NCBI GenBank assembly: GCA_028284075.1
Contig: JANQSL010000192.1
Location: 1-47,013, forward strand
Direction: 5' to 3'
Source: Candidatus Sumerlaeia bacterium
Lineage (GTDB): Bacteria > Sumerlaeota > Sumerlaeia > SLMS01 > JAHLLQ01
Length of the DNA stretch: 47,013 nt
Shown: positions 19,105 to 26,882 of the stretch, piece after piece
Layout of the letters: each line of letters begins with the position of its first letter
Position numbering within the stretch: the stretch's first letter is position 1
Notes under the pieces: model-generated
What the model saw: only the letters and a program-made list of their open reading frames with translations
What the model was told of the DNA's origin: nothing
The model's database searches: none
Translations under genes and position numbers: made by a program

Positions 19105-19800
19105 ATGATGGAAACTGCGGAAACAGAGGCGGCAGCGAGCCGGTTCGAGGCCCTCTGGCAGGAAGCCACGGTGATCTGGTTTTCAGGCGGTTGGGCCATG
19201 ATCGCCATCGCTGCCATTGCGTTTCTGATGTTCGGCCTTGGCATTCATGTCTGGTTCAGACTGACGGCACGGCGTTTCGGTTCAGTGGGTGAGAAAACGT
19301 GGCGGCGCTGGATCGATGACACGCCCGAGGAACGTCGCGGACCGATTGGTGAGATGCTCGATTTTGTGACCGGCGGCCGGACAATCAAGGACACGGTAAC
19401 GTATTTTGAGGAGCTTCGCACGTCAGAGATCGCACCCTTCGAGCGGGATCTCCGAGTGATGCGTATCTGCGTTACGGCTGCTCCGTTGCTCGGGCTTTTG
19501 GGAACGGTAACGGGCATGCTTGCCACGTTCGCCGCTTTGTCCAGCGGTTCCGGAGGCGACAAGACCATGGAGATGGTGGCGGGTGGAATTTCCGAGGCGC
19601 TTGTGACGACGGAAACAGGTTTGGTCATCGCACTGCCGGGCCTTTTTTTTCAGTACCAACTGGTGCGGAAACTGGAGTCCTACAAGGCGTTTCTGGCACA
19701 CCTCGAGACGGTTTGCACGCAGCGACTCTATCGACGGCTGCGCGGAACCCTGACGAGCGATGCTCGGTCTGCACTTCCCGATTCAGCCACAAGACCCTGA
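19105..19800 (+). CDS. exbB: ExbB/TolQ proton-channel protein
   Basis: PLLGLLGTVTGMLATF...AGGISEALVTTETGLVIALPG with 3 TM helices. Confidence 0.85.
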   Translation: MMETAETEAAASRFEALWQEATVIWFSGGWAMIAIAAIAFLMFGLGIHVWFRLTARRFGSVGEKTWRRWIDDTPEERRGPIGEMLDFVTGGRTIKDTVTYFEELRTSEIAPFERDLRVMRICVTAAPLLGLLGTVTGMLATFAALSSGSGGDKTMEMVAGGISEALVTTETGLVIALPGLFFQYQLVRKLESYKAFLAHLETVCTQRLYRRLRGTLTSDARSALPDSATRP

Positions 19801-19807
19801 GGTCAGC

Positions 19808-20221
19808 ATGAGCCGATTCAGCCGTATGTCAGCGGAAGACAACAGCGAAACGGGAGTCGATATCTCTCCGCTGCTGGATTGCGTCTTCATTCTTCTGATT
19901 TTCTTCATCGTGACGACGACGTTTGTGGAGGAGACCGGCGTTGAAGTCGACAAACCTCAGGCTGCATCGGCGGTGAAGCTGGAGAAAACAAGTATTCTGA
20001 TCGCGCTTACCGAAAAGGGTGAAGTCGTCTATGGGGGCCGCGAAATCGGTGTGAGCGGGATTCGCCCGCTGGTAAAGCGTATGCTTCAGGCTGAAGATGT
20101 CCCGGTAATCGTTCAGGCGGACGCCGGCGCTGAGACAGGTCTCCTGGTTCGCATTATCGATGAAGTGAAACTGGCGGGAGCGAACAAGGTCAGCGTGGCC
20201 ACCAGCCAATCAAAGAGTTGA
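19808..20221 (+). CDS. exbD: ExbD/TolR biopolymer transport protein
   Basis: DISPLLDCVFILLIFFIVTTTF single N-terminal TM with the conserved Asp; periplasmic domain; ATG 19808 is preceded by GAGG. Confidence 0.85.
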   Translation: MSRFSRMSAEDNSETGVDISPLLDCVFILLIFFIVTTTFVEETGVEVDKPQAASAVKLEKTSILIALTEKGEVVYGGREIGVSGIRPLVKRMLQAEDVPVIVQADAGAETGLLVRIIDEVKLAGANKVSVATSQSKS

Positions 20222-20233
20222 TCGAACACCGTT

Positions 20234-20911
20234 ATGCGGCATCGAAAGCGGAGTCCGTTCCGGATCCTCGCAGACATTTTGCACCCTGTGATTGTCGTAC
20301 TCGGCGCGGCGGCATTCACTCTGCTGTGCTTTCTTGTGCTCCCTCTGATTCAGACTTTGAACAAGCCGCCGACAGCGGACTTGATGCTCCAGAACATGGA
20401 TGTGGCTCAGCTGGAACCTCCTCCCCCTCCACCCGAGGAGGAAGAGCCTGAAGAGGAGGAGCAGGAGGAGGAACCTCCACCGGAGCTGATGGAAGAAGCA
20501 CCACCTCTCGATTTGTCTCAGCTCGAACTTGCACTGAATCCCGGTGTGAGCGGCGGTTTTCTCCAGGGCGATTTCACCGTGAACCTGGTGAGCATGGCTT
20601 CCGGCGGGAAGGATGTGGAAGAGTTGTTTTCTCTGGCGGATCTCGACCAGAAGCCCCGGGTGATTTATCAACCCGGTCCGCGTGTCACTCCGGAAGTTCG
20701 CAAGTACGCGCCAGGTACCGTCTATCTGATCTTCATTGTTAACAGGGACGGACGCGTTGAGAATCCCATCGTTCAGAAATCGTCGAACCCGGTGTTCGAG
20801 AAGCCTGCTCTCGATACCATCAGAAAATGGAAGTTCGATCCTGGCAAGAGGAACGGACAGGCTGTCCGATTCCGTATGCGCGTACCGTTTACTTTTCCGG
20901 AAGGTCTGTAA
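20234..20911 (+). CDS. tonB: Energy transducer TonB (TM anchor, Pro/Glu-rich spacer, C-terminal TonB domain)
   Basis: PPPPPPEEEEPEEEEQEEEPPPE spacer; C-terminal YPxxA-like region ...KYAPGTVYLIFIVNRDGRVENPIVQKSSNPVFEKPALDTIRKWKFDPG. Confidence 0.85.
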   Translation: MRHRKRSPFRILADILHPVIVVLGAAAFTLLCFLVLPLIQTLNKPPTADLMLQNMDVAQLEPPPPPPEEEEPEEEEQEEEPPPELMEEAPPLDLSQLELALNPGVSGGFLQGDFTVNLVSMASGGKDVEELFSLADLDQKPRVIYQPGPRVTPEVRKYAPGTVYLIFIVNRDGRVENPIVQKSSNPVFEKPALDTIRKWKFDPGKRNGQAVRFRMRVPFTFPEGL

Positions 20912-20934
20912 TTCCGCAAGGAGCTGAATCACTC

Positions 20935-22365
20935 ATGCCATTTTCAAACGATTACTTTACCTCCACTCTTCGCCGGACAATACCGCTTAAAGGAAGTCTT
21001 CTCTGTGGGGTGGTTTGTTGTGCTCTTTTTGTTACCGGTTTTGCCGGGGCACAGCCTTCGGGGGTTAGTGAGGAGGCTCTTGATGTGTGGCGCGATCCGG
21101 CGTTTCAGAAGCGCTTCGCGGAGAGTTACATGGCGGAGACGGACATCGAGCCACGGGTCGATGCGGAAGAGCGCGAAGTGATGCAGGAAATTCTCGATCT
21201 CATCTCCACGGAACGCATGGACGAGGCGGCGGATCTTCTTCGGAATCAACTCGAGCGTGAGGAAACCGCCAGTGCGGTATTTGATTTCACACTCGCCAAC
21301 ATTTATTTTCAGCAGGATCAGCTGGACGAAGCGGTTCCGTACTACGAATCCGCCGTTGAGAAATTTCCGAAGTTTCGCCGAGCTCTGAAGAACTTAAGCC
21401 TGATTCATGTTCGAAAGAACCGTTTTGAAGAGGCGCTTCCCGTTCTGACGAAGGTTGTGGAGCTCGGCGGCGCAGACTCCATAACGTATGGCTTGCTTGG
21501 TTACTCCTACTCATCGGTGGAGAATTTCCTCTCCGCTGAATCAGCCTATCGCATGGCCATCCTTCTCGATCCGGAAACTCTGGACTGGAAGATGGGACTG
21601 GCTCGCGCCTTTTTCAAACAGGAGCGATTTGCCGAGGCCATCGCGCTTTGCCGGCAGTTGGTTGAGCGGTTTCCCGAACGCACAGACCTGTGGCTGCTGC
21701 AGGCCAATGCCTACATCGGGCTCGGGCAGCCAATGGAAGCGGCGGAGATCTACGAGATAGTCGATCACATGGGTGGTTCGACAGCGGATAGTCTGAATAT
21801 GCTTGGTGATATCTATATCAACGAAGAACTGTACGAGCTTGCCAGCGGGTCCTATATTCGTGCCATGGAGAGCGACGAGGAGGCGAACGCCAATCGCGCG
21901 ATTCGCTCTGCCAGAATTCTTGCCGCGCGCGGGGCTTTCGATGAAACAAAACAGTTGGTTTCAAAAATTGAGCAGATTCACGGAAACGGTCTTGAGACGG
22001 ACGAGCGAAAAGATCTCCTGAAACTCCGGGGGCGGCTTGCCGTTGCCGAAGGGGCAGGTGACGAAGAGGTAAGTATTCTCGAGGAGATCATCGAAATCGA
22101 TCCACTGGATGGAGAAGCTCTGATCCTTCTTGGCCAACACTCCCGCCGAAATGAGGATGTGGAACAGGCTGCATTCTATTTCGAACGGGCCGCCGCCATC
22201 GAAGGTTTTGAAGCGGATGCGAGCGTTCGCCATGCACAGCTTCTCGTTGGCGACGGACGGTACGAAGAGGCACTGCCTCTTCTGCGCCGCGCGCAGCAGA
22301 TTAAATTTCGTGAAAACGTTCAGGAGTATCTTGAACAAGTGGAACGGGTTGCCCGGACGCGATAG
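20935..22365 (+). CDS. Secreted TPR-repeat protein (TtpD-like) ending the TonB cluster
   Basis: Signal peptide then multiple TPR units (IYFQQDQLDEAVPYYESAVEKFP...); ATG 20935 is preceded by AGGAG. Confidence 0.7.
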   Translation: MPFSNDYFTSTLRRTIPLKGSLLCGVVCCALFVTGFAGAQPSGVSEEALDVWRDPAFQKRFAESYMAETDIEPRVDAEEREVMQEILDLISTERMDEAADLLRNQLEREETASAVFDFTLANIYFQQDQLDEAVPYYESAVEKFPKFRRALKNLSLIHVRKNRFEEALPVLTKVVELGGADSITYGLLGYSYSSVENFLSAESAYRMAILLDPETLDWKMGLARAFFKQERFAEAIALCRQLVERFPERTDLWLLQANAYIGLGQPMEAAEIYEIVDHMGGSTADSLNMLGDIYINEELYELASGSYIRAMESDEEANANRAIRSARILAARGAFDETKQLVSKIEQIHGNGLETDERKDLLKLRGRLAVAEGAGDEEVSILEEIIEIDPLDGEALILLGQHSRRNEDVEQAAFYFERAAAIEGFEADASVRHAQLLVGDGRYEEALPLLRRAQQIKFRENVQEYLEQVERVARTR

Positions 22366-22407
22366 ACGGGCGGGGCGGTATGTCGCTTTTCCGTCATTGA
22401 AATGACA

Positions 22408-22419
22408 GCTGACGTCAGC
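22408..22419. promoter_or_regulatory. Perfect 12-bp palindrome GCTGACGTCAGC (CRE/TGACGTCA-like) about 30 nt upstream of the Sel1-repeat gene; adjacent smaller inverted repeat GTCATTGAAATGAC at 22393-22406
   Basis: Seen directly in the 84-nt intergenic region. Confidence 0.3.
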
Positions 22420-22448
22420 GTGATCTGATCTGGAACAGCACGAGTGCG

Positions 22449-23483
22449 ATGGATTTTCTCAGAAGTCAGTGGTTCTTTCTCTCTCTCTTGTTCCTTGCGA
22501 GCGCTTGCAAGTGTCTGGCTCAGGATCGGGATTCCTGGCAGTCATACGATGAAGGCGACTATACAAAGGCTCTCAAGGAAACTCGTCCACTCGCCGAGCG
22601 GGGAGATCCTGAAGCGCAGTTCCGCCTTGGATTAATGTATGCAGACGGTAACGGTGTTCCGCAGAGCCACGAAGATGCGGCGGACTGGTACGGGAAGGCG
22701 GCGAGGCAGAAGTACGGTCCCGCTCAAATGAATCTGGGACTCCTCTATCTCGTTGGTGATGGGGTGCCGAAGGATGCGAAGCTGGCAAGGACCTGGTTGA
22801 CGGCAGCCGCGGAGCAGGGAGTGGCACGTGCGCAGTTCGCGATGGGCCTTTTGCACTCTGACGGCGTGAGCGCTGCCCAGGATGACGCGGAGGCTGCAAA
22901 GTGGTTTCAGCTGGCCGCGAAAGAGGGGCTCGCGGTTGCGCAGTGTTCTCTTGGAAGCCTGTACATGAGCGGCCGGGGTGTCGAAAAAGACGAAAAAGAA
23001 GGCATTAAATGGCTTCGCCGGGCTGCCCGCCAGGGAGACGTTTCCGCCATGGAAAAGCTGGGAATGGCCTATGTAGAGGGAGCTGGTGTTGAAATCGATC
23101 TGGAGGAAGGCATTCGCCTGCTCCGTCAGGCCGCCGATGCCGGCAACGCCGTGGCTCAAACCAACCTTGGTTTGCTCGTTTTACGAGGCACGGGCGTTCC
23201 GCAGAGTGATCCTGAGGCTCTGGAGTTGTTCCGGAAAGCGGCGGAGCAGGGTCTCGCATCAGCACGCAGCAGGCTCGGATCCATGCACGAACACGGGCGA
23301 GGCGTTCCGCAGGACAACATTCAGGCCTACATATGGTATAGTCTTGCGGTATTGGCGGGAGATGAGGGGACCGTTCCTCTCAGAGACCGTGTTGAGAGAA
23401 AACTTGATGCCGAACAGCTTGAAGGCGCCCTTGAAGTGATCGGTGAACGTGAGTTCATCGATGGCGCTCGGCAGACTCGTTAA
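22449..23483 (+). CDS. Secreted Sel1-like repeat (SLR) protein
   Basis: Seven or more tandem units matching the Sel1 consensus (AQFRLGLMYADGNGVPQSHEDAADWYGKAA...). Confidence 0.8.
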   Translation: MDFLRSQWFFLSLLFLASACKCLAQDRDSWQSYDEGDYTKALKETRPLAERGDPEAQFRLGLMYADGNGVPQSHEDAADWYGKAARQKYGPAQMNLGLLYLVGDGVPKDAKLARTWLTAAAEQGVARAQFAMGLLHSDGVSAAQDDAEAAKWFQLAAKEGLAVAQCSLGSLYMSGRGVEKDEKEGIKWLRRAARQGDVSAMEKLGMAYVEGAGVEIDLEEGIRLLRQAADAGNAVAQTNLGLLVLRGTGVPQSDPEALELFRKAAEQGLASARSRLGSMHEHGRGVPQDNIQAYIWYSLAVLAGDEGTVPLRDRVERKLDAEQLEGALEVIGEREFIDGARQTR

Positions 23484-23765
23484 AAACGCATGAGGTATCA
23501 TGTCTTTTTGGTGAAGATGAATGCTTTTGTATCGAAAGTGCCTGGAGTGTGCACTGCTCCGCCGGTCTTCAGAAAATTCTTTTCTCGCGTGGATAATACT
23601 GTTTCTTACAGCACGGATCATGTTCTTCTAACATTCGGAAAGTAGCCTCATCCCGCTTCGAGCCAGGCGATGCACCTTTTTCCCATGAAGGCGGGGACAG
23701 TGGAGGTGTGGCCGGGGCGAAGACGAGACTTCCCAAAACAACCTTCGGAAAGGAAGATGATTCAC

Positions 23766-25475
23766 ATGAGGAACAAAGTAATCGTGCTTGGTGCTCTGCT
23801 GGTTACGGCCAGCATTGGCGCTGCCAACGCTCAGGTGGTCAATATTGGTGATTCGGCCGCCGGATCGCAGGCTGCGGACCGGATCACGGGAACCGAAACC
23901 TGGACGGCAAACAACACGTACGTTCTTCAAGACCAGATTTTTGTTATGCCAGGCGCCACGCTGACCATCGAGGCGGGAACGGTTGTTCAGTCAACTCCCG
24001 CTCTCCAGGGAAGCCTTGCCGTGACCAATGGCGGGCAGATTTTCGTCAACGGTACGGCGGCGGAGCCGGTCATCATGACATCCAGCGAAGACATCGCGAC
24101 ATGGGACGTTGACGGGACGCACCCGACGGGTGGTGACCCCAGGACCGGCGTGCACCGCTACGGCGACAGCGACGGCGGCCCGAACGAGAACATCGGTGCT
24201 CTTGAGTGGGGCAATCTCACGATCATGGGCGATGCGATCATTTCCGAAAACGCCACCGGTGGCAACACCGCCGTTCCGACGGCCAGCAATGTCGCCGACA
24301 TGGAAGGCCTCACCGTTCCGAGCGGTCAGCCCGCCAGCATCATTCAGTATGGCGGTGGCAACGATGACGACGACAGCGGCTCCATCAGCTACCTTTCAAT
24401 TCGCTATGGCGGCAAGGTGATTGGTCTCGCCAACGAGCTGAACGGTCTGTCTCTTGGCGGGATTGGCCGGGGTACCGACATTAACTACGTTGAAATCTTC
24501 AACAACGTCGACGACGGCATTGAGATCTGGGGCGGTACCGTCAATCTCAAGTATGTCAATATCTGGAACGTTGGCGATGACAGCTTCGACGTTGACCAGG
24601 GATGGCGCGGCAAGACCCAGCACGGCCTCATCGTTCAAGGCGGCAGCATCAACGACGACCAGGGCTCCGGCATGGGCGACAACGCTTTCGAGGTTGACGG
24701 TGCCGAGGATTCTGACTGGCAGCCTGTTACGACCGCCGCGGTCTACAACTACACCGTCATCGGTCAGCCCTTCTCACCTGGTGGTTCCGACGGCATGACA
24801 ACGTGGCGTGACAACGCCCGCGTTCAGTACCGCAACTGCATCTTCATGGATTCTCCCGACGATCTCGTTCGTTTCGACGATGTGGACGGCGACGGAGCCA
24901 ACGGTTATGGTCACAACGGGACGCTTTCCTGGCAGCAGACCTGGGACACGGGCGCGGATACGCTCCCGACGGTGAACGCAAGTGCCGTTGCCGGCTTTAC
25001 ACCCGCGGAACTCTACACGGCCCAGTCCCTCGAGTATGACGGCGCGAATGTCGGACGTCTCGCGGAAATCCGTGACAGCGTTGTCTTCAACGTTTCCGAC
25101 ACTTCGGCAACGGGTCTGACGGGCATTGACCTGTTCGTCACCAACTACGATAATGTTGCGGCCACAAACATGCCCATCACGTCGCTGACACGTCTTGGCT
25201 CCAACGTAACATATGACAGCGGTGCTCATACCTGGCAGCCGGTTACGGCAATCGATCCGTTCCCTGCCAACGATGCGCTCACCAGCGTGGACACCGCCCC
25301 GAACGACGGTTTCTTCGACCAGGCCAACTACCGTGGCGGTTTCGAGCCCGTGGGTTCAAAGGGCGTTGCTGACTCCAACTGGCTCCTTCGCTGGACGGCG
25401 GTTGACGCCTTTGGTCTGCTCGCTTCTTCCGCCGATGTGGATTTCAGCTCGGTGGATGGGTGGATGTTCCACTAA
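23766..25475 (+). CDS. Secreted Gly/Asp/Asn/Thr-rich protein with a predicted right-handed beta-helix (pectate-lyase-like) repeat region
   Basis: Signal peptide VIVLGALLVTASIGAANAQ; repeated V-x-I/G-D-D motifs (NYVEIFNNVDDGIEIWGGTVNLKYVNIWNVGDDSFDVDQG). Start at ATG 23766 has AGGAAG 12 nt upstream. Confidence 0.5.
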   Translation: MRNKVIVLGALLVTASIGAANAQVVNIGDSAAGSQAADRITGTETWTANNTYVLQDQIFVMPGATLTIEAGTVVQSTPALQGSLAVTNGGQIFVNGTAAEPVIMTSSEDIATWDVDGTHPTGGDPRTGVHRYGDSDGGPNENIGALEWGNLTIMGDAIISENATGGNTAVPTASNVADMEGLTVPSGQPASIIQYGGGNDDDDSGSISYLSIRYGGKVIGLANELNGLSLGGIGRGTDINYVEIFNNVDDGIEIWGGTVNLKYVNIWNVGDDSFDVDQGWRGKTQHGLIVQGGSINDDQGSGMGDNAFEVDGAEDSDWQPVTTAAVYNYTVIGQPFSPGGSDGMTTWRDNARVQYRNCIFMDSPDDLVRFDDVDGDGANGYGHNGTLSWQQTWDTGADTLPTVNASAVAGFTPAELYTAQSLEYDGANVGRLAEIRDSVVFNVSDTSATGLTGIDLFVTNYDNVAATNMPITSLTRLGSNVTYDSGAHTWQPVTAIDPFPANDALTSVDTAPNDGFFDQANYRGGFEPVGSKGVADSNWLLRWTAVDAFGLLASSADVDFSSVDGWMFH

Positions 25476-25631
25476 CAGGAAGAGAGAAGAAAACAACCTG
25501 ATGCACTCAGGGAAGAGAGAGTGCCGACGGTAAAAGTGCGAAACATGAGAAGTAAACGATCTGGTGGCGATAGGTTCTTTCGCCACCAGATTGTTTCGCT
25601 TCGGAACGTCACAAAACGGAAAGCAACAGGA

Positions 25632-26882
25632 ATGATCAGAAGAAACGCGATTCTCGCAGTTTTTGCTCTGTTACTCACGACGGCGGTGGGTTTTGAAAAA
25701 GAGGACAATTCAACGGGGACGGCGATCACTCGGCAACATCCTGACATTGAAGGATTGCCGAAGCCGGGGAATCAGGACATTGAGCTTTATCGGGCGGAGT
25801 TGCTCGATCTGGCATTTGCCACCGCCAGCACGATTCACATCAAGCCTCATATCAAGAACCGGTCGCGCGCGCAGGAGTCCGTTGTCGGAGCATGTCTCGA
25901 ACTGGACCAGCCCGCGCTTGCACTGAGTTACATTCCGTATATTGAAAACTGGCGGAGAGGGTTATCGTATGCCCGTCTGTCGCTTTATCTTGCAGAGCAC
26001 GATTTCGAGCAGGTCGAACCGTTTCTCGAGCGGGCGGCGGACGACCTGGACAGCGCCAAAGACTGGCGCCGGGAGAGGTTGAGTATCCACATCGCCCAGG
26101 CCTGGCTGCGACTTGGTAACGAGGCGATATCAGCCAGGTACGCAAGAGGCGTCGGTCGGGCTGAGATCGGGAAGGTTTCGGAAGTCAGAGCAACAATGGC
26201 GGATGAGGAATCGTTCGGCGAGCAGCTTGAGAGAATGAAGGCCATTGTCGCCATCGACAACCTGAACATGGATGTTAACAGGAACATACTCGGGGCTTAT
26301 GCGGCGCTCTATGAACGATTTTATGAGGACGAGGAACGACGGGGTCAGGTTGAGGACGCGATCAGGGAAACCTGGACGAAAGTTCCCGTAATTATAAACA
26401 TTGAGGTGTTGATGCGTCTTTCGCGAACGGCTCTTGACAACGGCGACTCAGAAACGGCGCAGAGACTGCTCAACGAGTGCATGAAGTATCTCGACTATCC
26501 GTGGGGGAAGCCCGAAGACAAAATCAGATTTGCGGCGGAGCTTGCAGGAAAGCGCCATGAGGCGGGGTTGCGGGAAGAGGCGAAGAAGCAGGCGGATGAA
26601 TTCCTCGAATACTACGAAGAGAAGCGGCCGGGCATTGTTGATATTTTTCGGTGCCGCGCTCTTCGTCCTCTCGCGGAAGCATACGTTGCCATGGGAGATA
26701 TGGAGACTGCTGCCAGAGTATACACGATGGCGGTTGAAGAAGGATTTGCCAATCCGAACCTGAGGCCGCGTGGAGAGGATTTGACTGCCACGCTATGCTC
26801 CATGGCTTTGCATTCGTTCGAGCCCGATGACGCTCTCTGGAGGCGCATCCATCAAGTTCATTCTGAGTTGAAGACCCAATGA
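25632..26882 (+). CDS. Secreted alpha-helical hypothetical protein (TPR/HEAT-like)
   Basis: Signal-like N-terminus ILAVFALLLTTAVG; helical, acidic sequence; its stop overlaps the TBDR start. Confidence 0.45.
   Translation: MIRRNAILAVFALLLTTAVGFEKEDNSTGTAITRQHPDIEGLPKPGNQDIELYRAELLDLAFATASTIHIKPHIKNRSRAQESVVGACLELDQPALALSYIPYIENWRRGLSYARLSLYLAEHDFEQVEPFLERAADDLDSAKDWRRERLSIHIAQAWLRLGNEAISARYARGVGRAEIGKVSEVRATMADEESFGEQLERMKAIVAIDNLNMDVNRNILGAYAALYERFYEDEERRGQVEDAIRETWTKVPVIINIEVLMRLSRTALDNGDSETAQRLLNECMKYLDYPWGKPEDKIRFAAELAGKRHEAGLREEAKKQADEFLEYYEEKRPGIVDIFRCRALRPLAEAYVAMGDMETAARVYTMAVEEGFANPNLRPRGEDLTATLCSMALHSFEPDDALWRRIHQVHSELKTQ

Noticed and set aside
22632-23159. 175-aa minus-strand ORF
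   Set aside because: Antisense to the Sel1-repeat gene, which has 7 or more clean repeat units.
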